From positions 1-64,000 of the forward strand of contig NGBS01000009.1 in assembly GCA_002245135.1 (NCBI GenBank): a stretch of DNA of 64,000 nt, read 5' to 3'. A program made the position numbers and the translations under genes. Origin of the DNA: Proteromonas lacertae. Taxonomy: Eukaryota. Below, piece by piece: positions 14,407 through 27,397 of this stretch; positions within the stretch are counted from its first letter, which is position 1; the number at the start of each line of letters is the position of its first letter. The notes under the pieces are model-generated. The model ran no database searches. It worked only from the letters and a program-made list of their open reading frames with translations, and was not told the DNA's origin.

Positions 14407-15897
14407 CTACTGTATAATACAAACTTCGGATTGCATTTGATTTGCTTTTAGTGTAGTATTTAATTCATCTTTTTCTAAATCAACACTCACATCAAATACA
14501 CAGAAAACTGGATTATGATCAGAAGTCTTCATTGTATTCTCATCACTGTATATTAAACAATCAACTTTACCTTTCGTTTTAAACACACATCTATCAGTCC
14601 AAGAAGGTATACGATGCTTTTTAGATGTATCATAAGTATCAGTACCTTTATCATATTTATAAGTAGGTCTAAAAAACAAGGGAGCTTCTTCAAATCCTTG
14701 GAATATCAATCCTTTCTTCTTATTAATCGTTAATTGATCATTATTCATCAATACTTCATACAAATTCTCTTTTAATAAAGTATCAACCATCTTTCTACTA
14801 CCATTAATTCTATAATTAAAATCGCCAGTCCAAAAGCAATGGTCAAATCTATCTTCTACATTTGGTGCAATAGGATCACCCAATGAAAGTGAAGTAGAAA
14901 TTGTCATTTGATCCAAATTCCTCTTCTTCTCACCATTTTGACCAGCAGCAAAATGTGAGGTAATAAATATTATTGAAGTTTTTCCTAACACAAAACTCAT
15001 TCCAATTCCTCCTTTATTACCCATTGTTTTACCAATACCAGTTGCAACAGATTGACTTTGTATATCAGTGATATATGGTATTAATGATTTATGTATATAT
15101 AACAATATATTAATTGCTTGAAGAGTATGTGATTTTATTAATGTATAATGTTCACCTAATGTTTCATTGACTTTAGATATCCATACACTCTTTGATGTAT
15201 TGATCATACTAGCTGCTATTCCTCTTTCACATTCTTGACTTGCTATACAGTAAATATGATATTTATTCTTCTTGATTAAAGGTGTTATATCATCTGGTGG
15301 TGGTTTTCCATACATATTCCAGGTAGTAATGAAGATTCTGATAGATTTTAATTCTTTTATTATATTGATTATTTCTTCGTATGGTTTGTCTCCTAAATCA
15401 TACTCTTCTACTTCTGTTAATTTGTTGTATATTTTTGGCCATTCTTGTGCTGCTTTGGGTCTTGATGATTCTGGAGCTACTCTAGCGGATGATGAGGAGG
15501 ATGCACTTTTAATTGCAAATGGATCATCTGGTGGTGATAAATTATCTACTAATCTTTTTGAATTTTGTCTCATAACATCTCTATATGTCAATATTTCATA
15601 TAAATATACAATGATTTATTGCTAGTTTCTGGATTTTCATTGTCGCTATCATCATCGTCTTCATCATCTTCTCTTTCACCTTCATCATCATTTTCTTGGA
15701 ATGGACCAATTTCTGGCACTTTTTCTCTAGTCACTCCTGGAGTTGGTGTATTACCTGTAGATACAGGAGTTCTAGTTAAGTATTAGAAGAAAATATACCC
15801 ATCCATCATTGATCCTTCAATAGAAAGTCTAAAAACATTATTTGTATTATTAATACCTTGTAATGATATTTGATGAAAGTTTTGCAATACTACTCAT
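14407..15897 (-). CDS. INPP5E: Inositol polyphosphate 5-phosphatase, INPP5E-like, with C-terminal CaaX (CIIQ)
   Basis: IFITTWNM, GNKGGIG, FITSHFAAGQ, FWTGDFNYRI, PTYKYD, RIPSWTDR, SDHNPV motifs. 5' mini-exons run up to the ATG at 15897. Confidence 0.8.
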
Positions 15898-16010
15898 GTT
15901 TTTAAATTCAAAAAAACGATTACTGAAACGATTATATTTTTAAAATCCAAAACTTATTTTACTTTTTTTATCCCTAAAAAACATCTATCCATTGAATATT
16001 AATATATCAA

Positions 16011-16763
16011 ATGTATGCTGTAAGAAGATTGTTTGTAGCTATCGGTAATCCAGGTGAAAAATATAGACTTACAAGACATAACCTTGGTTTTCTTGCATTG
16101 GATTACTTTATTGATAATTATTTCAACCCATTAGCTCAAATAAATGGAATTCCGCCAAAATTAGAAAAGAAATATTCTGGTTTGTTTTACCAACATGAAT
16201 TGAAATTTCAACAAGAAATTAAATCTCAATTATTACATAAATATGATATGATAGATGAGATCTCAGAGAGAAGACGAAATAAAACCAAAACTAAAGGTGT
16301 ACCATACCCTATAGTGAATTTAATGTTATACAAACCAGAAACATTCATTAATCTATCAGGAACAGGAGTTAGAGAAGTATTAGACAAAGAACATTTCAAA
16401 TTAAAGAAGAATCCAGTGTCTTTAAACAAAATGGATGAAATATTAGTAATTCATGATGATGTATCATTACCATTTGGAACAGTAAAATTATCACATCAAG
16501 CAAGTTCTGCTAATCATAATGGAATAAAGAGTATTGAAAATAAATTAGAAAAAAATCAAAAATATGGTAGATTAAGAATAGGAGCTATGAAAGAAGGTCA
16601 AAAACCAATAGAATATGTATTACATAGACTTTCTGTGATTGAACAAGACAAATTACCAACTCTTTTTAATTTTGTTTGTGAAGTACTTCGTGTTTATTTA
16701 TTTAGAGGAATGGAAGATGCAGAAATGGTTTGTAATACACACAAACAGATTATAAAAGATTGA
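16011..16763 (+). CDS. PTH1: Peptidyl-tRNA hydrolase (bacterial/organellar Pth1 type)
   Basis: AIGNPGEKYRLTRHNLGF, KPETFINLSG, LVIHDD, ANHNGIKSI, RLRIG. Confidence 0.92.
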   Translation: MYAVRRLFVAIGNPGEKYRLTRHNLGFLALDYFIDNYFNPLAQINGIPPKLEKKYSGLFYQHELKFQQEIKSQLLHKYDMIDEISERRRNKTKTKGVPYPIVNLMLYKPETFINLSGTGVREVLDKEHFKLKKNPVSLNKMDEILVIHDDVSLPFGTVKLSHQASSANHNGIKSIENKLEKNQKYGRLRIGAMKEGQKPIEYVLHRLSVIEQDKLPTLFNFVCEVLRVYLFRGMEDAEMVCNTHKQIIKD

Positions 16764-16835
16764 TAAAAATAGAATTATATTAATTTATTATTTATTCATT
16801 AATATACACCATATTTTTGTGTTTAATTATGAAGA

Positions 16836-17430
16836 TTAATCATCTGGTTGTAATGGTGGGTGTACTTTCGGTTGTGTTCTTAATAATTGGAAATTTTCTA
16901 CGAGTAAAGATATCCATTGCTCAATTCCATTATCTAATTTTACTAAATGTCTTAATTTATCACCTTCTCCCTTAATATCACATATAGTTCCTTCATATTT
17001 CCTCTTTTCATTTCCCCATACTAGTGATATACGAGTGAATGGAATTGCTTCATCCATATAACAAACTCTGAAATTATTCTTATAAAGTGATTGTCTTTTT
17101 TCTCCATTTGCGTTTATTGAATAGCCTATTCCGTGAATTTTTTAAATATCAAATAAAGAAATTCAATGTCTTTAATAGGTAAATATACAAAAGGATATAT
17201 TCTTGAAAAATGTACCTTCCCATTTTTCTCCTGTACTCCACATTATTGTTCCATGTCCATGTCTTTCTCCGTTTAACCAATCACCAGAATATTGTAATCT
17301 ACCATCTTCAGTAAAATAGTCTCCTTTACCACTTGGCATTAAATAACCAATATCTTCTACAAAACCTATATATTTTGCACCTGATGGATATGCAACTATT
17401 TCAATAATAACAATTCTTTATACTAGTCAT
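16836..17430 (-). CDS. MORN-repeat protein with C-terminal Tudor/SH3-like domain
   Basis: Spliced translation YPSGAKYIG...QYSGDWLNGERHGHGT. C-terminus ISLVWGNEKRKYEGTI...HLVKLDNGIEQWISL. Confidence 0.65.
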
Positions 17431-17595
17431 ATTTTCAAGTTTATTTTCAAGTTTAATAGCTTTCATTTGTATTAGAGTTCTGTAAAATTATAAATATATA
17501 GAAAATACGGAGTACTAGGCTGAGATATTGACATTTATAAAAAAACGAAAAACGAACAAAATTTTAATCAAAAATTCAAATTTTTAATTTCTTTT

Positions 17596-19215
17596 ATGAA
17601 TAATTCAAATGTATTTAAATTAGTGATTTATTACTATTAGTCAAATGATTCTTCATTTAGTCAGCTTCATGATGATACAGATAAAAAGCCTCAAAACACT
17701 TACAATGAAATTATCAAGACACAATTACAAGTATAACTTATATTATATATCATTAGCAGCTAAAAGAGTTAAACAAATATAGAGCAGAAATGCAGAATAA
17801 AAAGTATAAAAATACAAATTTACTCTAATAGACCTATTAAAAACCAACAAGAACAAGAGCAACTACAGCAATGGCATGAAAGTTTTACTGTCAAAGCAGA
17901 TCCATCTCTATCCTACAACAATAGTTATTATAATGATATAGACAAAATCAAAGATTTAAACCAACAAATATTAGAATATAAATACAAAAATCTAGAAACT
18001 GAAAGAGAATTGAAAGCAACACAATCAAAATTACAAACATTACAAACTCAATTAATGAAAGAAAGAACAAGAACAGATGAATTAAGAACAAAAAATAAAG
18101 AACTTCAAACAGTTGTAATAGAGAAATATGAAACACAAATAGGTGAATTAAAACATTACTATGAAACAAGATTAACAGAGAAAGATGATATATTAAACCA
18201 AAATTCATTGAAATTACTTGAAATGGAAAATAATTTGAAATCTTTACAAAAAACGATTGAAGAAATGCCTCTGAATAATAACAACAATGAAAATAATCAG
18301 AATACTACTTTTGTTGAAGAAATATCTGAATTAAAACATGTTAATGAAGATATATGTAATGAAAATAAGAAATTAGAAATGGAATTAGAAGAAATGAATG
18401 AGAAAATGAAAGATATAGAAAATGAACTAGAAAAATCTACAAAAATAGTTGAAAAAGTATTTCCTTATAATATTATCATTATATTTATAAAATAGTATAA
18501 ATCTGCATATAAAGAACAATATGATATGATCTGTTACTTTGCTGAAAGACAATTTAATATCAAACAAGCAAATAAAATGAAATTGGAATTAATATTGAAT
18601 AAAATTGATGAGAAATACAGAATAGATGTGATTGAAAGAAATTCAAATGTCAATAATAAAAATGAAAATAATATATCTTTAGAGAATGACAATAGTATTA
18701 AACATTATATTATCTATTATATAATTATATAGAAATATTAGAAAATGATTTAAAAGAATCACAAAAACAAATATCAGCATTAGCAAAGAATATATAATCA
18801 AACAATTGATGAAATGAATGAACAAAAGAAACAATATAATAAAATGTATCAGAAAATGATGGAATTAACAGAAGCAAATAATAATAATTTAAGACAAAGA
18901 AATCAACCATTATCAACTACAACACCAAATAAAAAGAGAGTCGTTATTAGAAAAGATGATGTTGAAGATAACATCTTAAGTCCATATCAAATAAAAGTTG
19001 AAACTCTCCACAGAAAAACACAAAGAACATCAACAGAAAGAAGTAAAAGTGTTCCTGTTAATAAAAAGAAGACTATTCATGTAACTATTCCTACTCAAAT
19101 TCCAGTAGAAAAAGAAAACCAGAGATTAATTAAATCAAAGAATATTGTGAAGAAGAAAAAGAAGAATACAAAACCAATTTTAGGTAGACAAGCTTGTTTT
19201 GGTATAAAGTGTTAA
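17596..19215 (+). CDS. Coiled-coil protein of unknown function (multi-exon)
   Basis: Consecutive + strand ORFs with heptad-rich E/K/L/Q sequence, separated by ~30-nt GT-AG introns. Confidence 0.6.
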
Positions 19216-19302
19216 TTTATTTCCTTTTATTATGTATAATTTCTGATTTTCTATTAATATTATAAAAAAATCAAAGAAAAAAGCTTTTAAAAACAACATA
19301 AA

Positions 19303-19591
19303 TTACTTAGTTCCTCCTAATAATTTATTTATAAACGGTAACAATTGTGGTATTTGATTTGAAGGTGGTGGAGGATTTGCTTTCTATAATAAATTATATT
19401 CATGCAATCTATACAATATTTGCTCTGCATCGATCATATTGAGCTAATAAATGAAGACATTTATTTGAATCACCTGTTGCAGTTACACATCCAATCAATA
19501 GTTGCAGCTCCTGTACGCATCTAGAGACTCTCTCATTCCTAAATCTCTTCTTCATAATAATCATTGCTCTTTCTCTAATAGGTCGAACCAT
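19303..19591 (-). CDS. Twin-CX9C (CHCH) small protein, possibly mitoribosomal mS37/Mrp10-like
   Basis: C-VQELQLLIG-C ... C-LHLLAQYDR-C, basic N-terminus, one intron then KANPPPPSNQIPQLLPFINKLLGGTK*. Confidence 0.55.
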
Positions 19592-19687
19592 TTCAATAAA
19601 GCTTGAGAAAAATCATGTCTTTTCATATTTTAACTAAAAACATTCTAAAACTCCCTGTATGTTATTTGATTCTATCTTAATACATAG

Positions 19688-20525
19688 ATGCAAAGTCAGT
19701 TTATAAGAAATTTCTCTGGGCATAACAAGTGGAGTAAAATCAAAAGAAGTAAAGCAATTGAAGATTTAAAAAGAAGTAATTTATATACAAAAATAGCTAA
19801 TAAAATATCTGCATCTATTGTTTCTGGTGGTAGTGATGATCCAGGTATTTCTTTGTTTTTTATGATGAATAGATAAGAATCCAAGACTTCAATCTGCCTT
19901 ATCTATTGCTAGAAGCATGAATTTACCAAAGAATATAATCAATAATGCATTAAGTAAAGGTAAAAGTAAAGATGTAAAGAAAATGGAGAGTATAATGTAT
20001 GAAGGATTTGGACCAGGAGGAATTGCTTTATTAATAGATACATTAAGTGATAATAAGAATCGAACAGCTGGTTTAATAAGACATATATTAAGTGCGAATG
20101 GAGGAAAATTAGATAAAATAGGATCAGTTCAATGGATGTTTGATAAAAAATGTTTAATAAAAATGAATAATGAGAATAGTGATATAAATGAAGTATTAGA
20201 TATATCATTAGAACATAATGTAGAAGATGTGAAAGAAGATAATTTTGGAAATATAGATATTTATCCTGATAATAAGAATCTGATAATATTGACTGATTTA
20301 TTTAAGAACAAAGGATATAATATCTTATTTACTGGTATTTCTTATATTCCAACTGTATATATAATAATAATAATAATTATTATTATTATAATTGCTAGAC
20401 TGTGTGTGAAGTGAATGAAGAAAATCTTATATCTGTGGATAATTTGTTGAACTAAACTCTATGAAGAAGATGTAGTTCAAACTGTGACTCATAATGGTGT
20501 TAATATCGAACAAATGTTTTATTAA
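19688..20525 (+). CDS. TACO1: YebC/TACO1 family protein (mitochondrial-type)
   Basis: SGHNKWSKIKRSK, YEGFGPGG, DTLSDNKNRT, GSVQWMFDKK, DVVQTVTHN; short presequence-like MQSQFIRNF. Confidence 0.9.
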
Positions 20526-20734
20526 AATAATATCTTTCGTTTTTTGTTTCATTTTATTGAATTTTACATTATATTCATTGTACACAAACAAATACAAGAT
20601 TTAAACTAAACAATACTTTGAGCATTTTTTTAGTCTTCATTACATTCATGCTCATTTCATTCTTGATGTAACTGATTTAATTATAAAAGAATTCTTTTCA
20701 ATAATTATTCCAAAATTAATAATTAGTATGATGA

Positions 20735-21052
20735 TATGATTATCATCTGATAATACATATTCTAATAATTATATATATCATCAATCCACATGTAATTATT
20801 TTGCATCTGGTGATACCAACCAAAAATGTGTTTGTAACATTGGAACAATTGTTACTTCAAATCCAAAATTCAATAATCATGGAAATGGTTCAATTTATGA
20901 AAGTAATTGTTGATATGAATAAAAGAGAATGGTGGATTAAACACAATAATTCATCTCCTGTTTTACTTGTGAAAGATTTACCTTCACCATTATATCCATA
21001 TACTGTGTTAATTAATAAAAACAAGTTGTTATTTGTTTCAAATCAAAATTAA
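20735..21052 (+). pseudogene. 5'-truncated, frameshifted SPRY-domain fragment paralogous to 13745-14073
   Basis: Near-identical DNA (gttgatatgaataaaagagaa, cctgttttacttgt.aaagatttacct.c.ccattatatcc); no upstream domains. Confidence 0.75.
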
Positions 21053-21329
21053 AAAATCTCATCTAATGTTTTTCATATTTGTTTAAAATGTATTCATATA
21101 AGTCAATGCTTTCTATTTGAAGAGATTTTTAAAAAGAAAATATTTCTCAAACCTCATTCAAATCAAACGATCATCAAGCCTAATGAATATTAAAAATCTA
21201 TTTATTTCATTATAACAAAGTAATCTTATAATAATATGATGAAAATGAAATATTTAAATGTAGAATGGATTGATTAGATATTTATTAAAATGAAAGTGGT
21301 GAATATAGATAAATAGTTTTATAAAAGAT

Positions 21330-21752
21330 ATACCAACCAATATATCAGTTAAGAATGATTTTAACACTCCTCAACCATGTTCACCTGGATTCTATTGTCC
21401 AATTGGATCAATGACAGCTGAAGGAACTTCTCCTTGTTTAAGTGGTCATTACTGTCCAAATAGAACACACACAATTAAATGTGAAAAAGGTCATTATTGT
21501 CAACCTGGTTCAACTTCTGCAACAAAATGTTATCCTGGAACATACAATGATAAGAAAGGTCAAACAACATGTAAATTATGTCCAAGAGGTACATGGTGTC
21601 CATTATATGGAATGGAAGTTCCTTGGATATGTCCAGCTGGTCGAGTATGTATAGAAAATGGTGTAAGTGAAGCTGTATTAATGTGTAAAGCTGGTTATTA
21701 CTGTTTGAATGGAACTGCATTATATGATATTGCAGAAAGTAAAGAAGAATGA
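21330..21752 (+). pseudogene. Fragment of Cys-rich repeat surface protein (GCC2/GCC3, ephrin-receptor-like CxxGxYC repeats)
   Basis: CSPGFYCPIGS, CLSGHYCP, CEKGHYCQPGS, CYPGTYN, CPRGTWCP, CKAGYYC. ORF ends where homology to the kinase-LRR cassette 3' flank begins. Confidence 0.65.
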
Positions 21753-21848
21753 ATTTCTATAGTATAAGAGAAATAACGAAATAATAATGTGTAAAAGAAT
21801 GTTAAAAATGAATTGAATAATAATAATAATAATAATAACAAAGGTTAT

Positions 21849-23592
21849 TTAAATCTCAAATTTCAATTCTTTGTTTGGATGATTTTCTTTGATTATTCTT
21901 TCAATTTCTTCTTCATTTGTTATTTTGTTATAACTAATATTCAATTTCTCTAATTTTGTAATATATTGAATATTATCACAAAATACTTTTATACTTTCAT
22001 CTGTTAAATTATTATCTATTATAATATAGAATAAAATAAAATACACTCCAAACTTAAATATTCTAAATTTGGAATATCTTTCAAATGAGAAAAGAAGAGT
22101 TTAAAACCATCATCACCAATTTCACAATCTATTCATTGTAATATTAAAGTAATAATACAATAAAAACTCAACCATTTCATGTTTGGAAATAAATGTAAAC
22201 TTTTACTTAATATTTCCATTCCTTCTTTTCCTATTCTATTACCTATATTATTATAAAAAACAAATCTAAAAATACGTTCTAAATCCAATTTTTCTAATTT
22301 TGGAATGAATTGAATATTTTCTACAAAATATTTCATTCCATTTGAAGTAATATTATTAAAATCAACATTCAATTCCATCAACTCAGGAAGATATTTGAAT
22401 GATTTACATATATGATTAAAACCATCATCACCAATATAATTCACTATCATTATAAAACAAAAGTATAAATACATCTTAAGTCAATAATTGTAATAAGTGG
22501 ATATAATTTCAATTTTCTACTCAAATATAATGCACCGACTTCTTTTATTGGTATATCAAAAACTATTCAAATATATAATAATAATAATACATCTATAGTT
22601 TAAATCCAATTTTGTTGATTTTTCATTTATCTTATTTAAAGCATTATCTATTCTTTCTTCTATTTTATTCATATTAATATCATATTTATACTTATTTTTA
22701 CATCTAATCCTTCTATTTCTTCTTCTTCTTCTTTCATTTCAACTACTTCAGGTAAATGAATTGGATCATTTATTATCTTTAATTCATTCAATATTTCATC
22801 GATTGATATTCGATTATTCTTTTCTTTCAACATCATCTTATTTAATAAACCATTCAATTCTTTTTCAAATTCACATTCCAACTTCTCATATTTACATTCT
22901 TCAATATTCTTCATGGTTTTGAATGGTGTTTTATCTTTGAATATTAATTTACCACTTATCACATAATAAAATATACATCCAAAACTCCAAATATCACTTT
23001 CTTTACTCACTTCATCTCCAATTATTTCGTCATAACTAATAAAACATATATTACCTCTTTCATCTTTTCTTTTATTCTCATTTCCTTTGAATAATTCATT
23101 GTTTAAATAATCACTCAATATCACTTCATTCTCTTTATCTAAAAAGATATTAGAAGGTTTTAAATCACCATGTGACATATTCAACATATGTAATCTCTTT
23201 AAACCATTACATATTCCACATAATACAGCATATGTACCAATTTCTTCGAAATATTTCAAAGGATTTATCTTTCCTAAGTTTATTCTTATATAAGGCATTA
23301 ATAGATAGAATTTATCTTCAATCAACATCAATTTATGGTATTTCATCAGATTTTCATGTTTTTCATTATTCACTCTCTCAATCTTACTAAAAACACTCTT
23401 CACTACATCTTCATTCAACTTGGAAGTATTTATCACCTTCATAAACTCTCTAACACCATTCTCTTTATTTTTAACTACCATTAATAAACATTTCACACTA
23501 TCTTTTTCTTCTAAAACCTATTTCATTAGATTATCATCAATTTATACTTCATAGTCACTATCTAATACATTTTCACATTTTATATTAATCAT
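21849..23592 (-). CDS. Atypical/pseudo protein kinase + RI-like 28-aa LRR protein (copy A, apparently intact)
   Basis: HGDLKPSNIFLD, SDYLNN in place of DFG, SDIWSFGCIFY. LRRs e.g. LPELMELNVDFNNITSNG, IPKLEKLDLERNRIGKEG; phase-1 mini-introns at the same LRR position. Confidence 0.85.
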
Positions 23593-23748
23593 TTTCACTT
23601 ATATCAATCACAATATCAATTCAAAAATAAAAGATCTCAAACAGAGAGTCGAGCCTAGATATGTTCTTTTTACATAAAAAAAACATAAACAAATAATAAC
23701 AAATAATTCTAGATATAAAATAATATAAATTTCAATTAATAAAAACAA

Positions 23749-26700
23749 CTATGGAAAATCACTCAGAATCACTTTCTTCTTCAACTTCATTATCTTCTTC
23801 TTCTCTTTCATCCATCTTCTTTCTTCTCTTTCATCAGCATTAACTCCTTCATCTTCATTTTCATCATTTCTTAATAATCTCATAAAATGTTTTAAACTCT
23901 TATATTTTTTATCATTCATTATATCTGCATATTTACTTAGCAATTCATTATATAAGCATTCTCTATCAAAATCATTGATTTTATTAACAAATTTCTCATA
24001 ATATTCTAATATTTCAACATTATTATCTTTTATACTTTTCTCTATTCCATTCATTAATGATTTTATGAATAGTTTACTTTTATTCTTTATATAACCTACT
24101 CCCATTAAACGATGAAACTTCTTCACTATCTCATTCATTCTATTATCATTTTATTAATATTATATATATATATATACGATGATGATTTATTTTTATACAT
24201 ATATTCAATAGTTTTAAATATTATTTCATAATAATAATATATCTGTTTTTCTTTTAAAATATTCAACATTTCTTTATAATATATATCATATTGTTTTTGT
24301 TTTACCATCTTTTCTAATATCAAACATATCTCTTTGCTACTTCCATTGTTTAAACCAACATAAAAATAACTTTGCATCAATTCACCTATCTTATTTATAT
24401 CACAATTATTTGAATTATTTAATATCAATTCATTTATATATTTACTCATATAATTATCAATATCTTCATTTTTACTTTTGTAATAAAATATCTCATTTTC
24501 ACTTAATACACTTACGTTTCTACAACATATGCTTCTTAAATTACAGTATAATTGGAATAATTTTATATCATATATATCATTATTATTATCATTATATTTT
24601 TCTATATAAATCATAAAGATGCCATCAATCATTATATATAGTTCATTTATAACATTACTATCTACTGATTCATTATTCTCTACATTATTCATTATTAAAT
24701 GTAATAATGAGTTGATTATGATTGATATACAACTATAAACACATATTTTATCACTTTCATCTATCTCATCTTTTATTTCATTTATATAATTGTATAAAGT
24801 CTTTATAAACTTCATTTCTATCTTCTTTACATCATTGTATTCGATCAAATAACATAATCTTTTTAAACACATATCTCTGTTGACTTTATTATTATTATTA
24901 TTGATTAACTTTAAGGTTTCTTTACAACAGGTTAGATATATATCATTAATTATCTTTTTAACCATCTCTTTAGAATCACTAGAAGTAATTTCTAAACGGC
25001 AAAAACACTTTGAACATTCCATCAATATATCATCTTCCATTTTTATATTGTAGATATCTTTGATAATTTCCAACATTATTCTTAATTCATCTTTACTTAT
25101 ATCACATATTATATTATCTAATTCACATACACTGTACATTCTTATTAACATTTCACATATTCTATTATCATGTTCAAATGAACGAATTAATTCAGGAATT
25201 CTGTTTTTTAAACCATATTTTATTTCATTATATTCTCTTTCTATTTTGGATTTGTTTGGATTTCGTTTTAAACTATCTTCATTGTTGTTTATCTTATCTA
25301 ATAATGACCAGTAACAGCATAACATTAAACTCTATAAAAGAATTATATATATTAATGAAATGTATATATATATACGATATAATATTGATATTCATTAGAT
25401 ATAGGTTGTTTTGGTTCAATTAATAAGTTGTATAACATATTGAAATTTAATATTTCTTTGTTATTATTATAGTTTAATAAACAGTTGGTAAAATTCATTA
25501 TTTTCTCTTCCATATTAATCATATTGTTGTTGTTGTTGTTCTTTTTAAGTGTTTTATCAATTACATCTATTATTCTTATAAACATCTTTTCATAATTATT
25601 TTCTACAGTATCATTGTCTTCATTATTATCATCACATATATCATTCATTAAGAAATTGATTGCACTGTTTTGAATCTTATTATTTTCAATAAATAATAAC
25701 TCGTAGACTTTATAAACCTTTTCATCATCAATATAACTGTATTTATATAATAATTCTAATAGCACCAACACATCACATATCACATTCTCATCTTTATCAT
25801 TTAACATACTGTAAATACGATCAAGAAAATGAGATGTAAATCCACTCATTTCATTCAAAGTTGATTCATTCTTATATAATTGAATTAATACATTCACACT
25901 ACTATCTCTAACTTTAGGCTTCATATCATTCAAACACCAGCCATAATATTTCGTATAATTATCTTTGATATAAACAGTTGGTCTAATAAAGAACCATTTA
26001 CCGAAATATCTCAAACATTCTTCTCTTATTATTTCATTTATATCTTTATAACGATGAACAAAAACACTATTGAATATTGTATTTACTATCTCACATAGGT
26101 AATTCATATTGTTTTCTATATTATTTATATTCATCTCCTTCATTCGGTTATTATTATTATTTTTCTTCTTTCCAGTACCATTACCATTTATACTACTCAT
26201 CTCTAATTCATCGATATCACTCTTATAGTTTTCAATTATTGATAATAATTCTTCACCAATTATTAAACTACTTATTGTACTGATATGTCTTAATTCTTTA
26301 TAACAACAACTACTCATTGAAACTAATAGCCTTATCCATTCTGGTAATAATTCAGCTTCCATTAATATTGTATCTTTACTTTTCATTATTAAATCTCGTA
26401 AGAATCTTTCATATTTATTTCGATATTTCTTTTCGTTTGATTTTGGTTTATTCCATATTGTTTTTTCTTCTGGTTTTTGTTTTAATAAGCCAGCTAAAAT
26501 AAAATCGATATTTAAAGATTTGATATCCTCAATATCATCCATATTCGGTATTGTTTTAAAACCAACCGGATTTAAATACACAAATTAACCAATTTTTGAA
26601 AGCTTCTACTGGATTCGTTCTGAACAGGGAAATAAATTGAGTGGCCAGTTGACTGGACTTGATTGGAGTTAATAAATCTCTTGATAAGTCTAATGTGGAG

Positions 26701-27087
26701 TTCATATACTCATCAATCTAAATTAATTAGAATATAGAGTAAATATACTGTTGAATTCTTTGATTTCTTACTCACTTTGGTTCTTTTGGTTGGCTACAGT
26801 AGAATAGATTATAGATGTTTATATACTGTCGATTCTTCTGATACGTCTGAACTATCATTATCATTTCTTTGATTTGACTTTCTTTTAGTCTAAACAATAA
26901 AAACAGTGTGAATACCTGTGATGATTCATAGTCTGATTCTGATTCAGCTTCATCAAAGCTTATATCCTCGTCAAAATCAATCTCCACATCTCCTCTATCT
27001 TCAACTCTATGGAAGATAATATTAAATCAGTGAAACATACCTCTTTTTAGGAGATATTCTTTTTCTTCCTTTAGTTTTGCCTTTCAT
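23749..27087 (-). CDS. SCC3: Cohesin subunit SCC3/STAG (stromalin)
   Basis: MSSCCYKELRHISTI, IFNSVFVHRYKDINEIIREECL...W, YIKDNYTKYYGWCLND..PKVR (STAG/SCD motifs). Confidence 0.9.
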
Positions 27088-27190
27088 TTAAAACAGTGTG
27101 GGATATTCAATGATTGGATGTAATTGAAAGTGTAAGCGAAATAAAATTAAGTCTATATAAAGCGGTAGAGCTTTTAAAATATTCTTTTTA

Positions 27191-27205
27191 ATTTTCGCGC
27201 CTTTT
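27191..27205. promoter_or_regulatory. E2F-type site ATTTTCGCGCCTTTT upstream of SCC3
   Basis: Matches TTTSSCGC; exact reverse-complement copy at 31036-31050. Confidence 0.6.
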
Positions 27206-27397
27206 ACTCAAACCTATAAACAAGCTTAAGAATTTTATTTTCTGCTAATTCTTCTCGAATAATTACATTTTCAATTAAATTTATGCAACAACATGCACTA
27301 TATATGAAAATTATGGGAAAATATCAATGAATTAATCCAATCAACAAAAGAATGATTATAAAACTGTAGCAACTTAATGTTAATTCTAATATGTACA

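Noticed and set aside
21745..23720. Calling the kinase-LRR cassette a transposon (Helitron, TIR or retroelement)
   Set aside because: No transposase, RT or Rep-helicase, and no terminal inverted repeats, TSD or clear CTRR end with hairpin could be seen.
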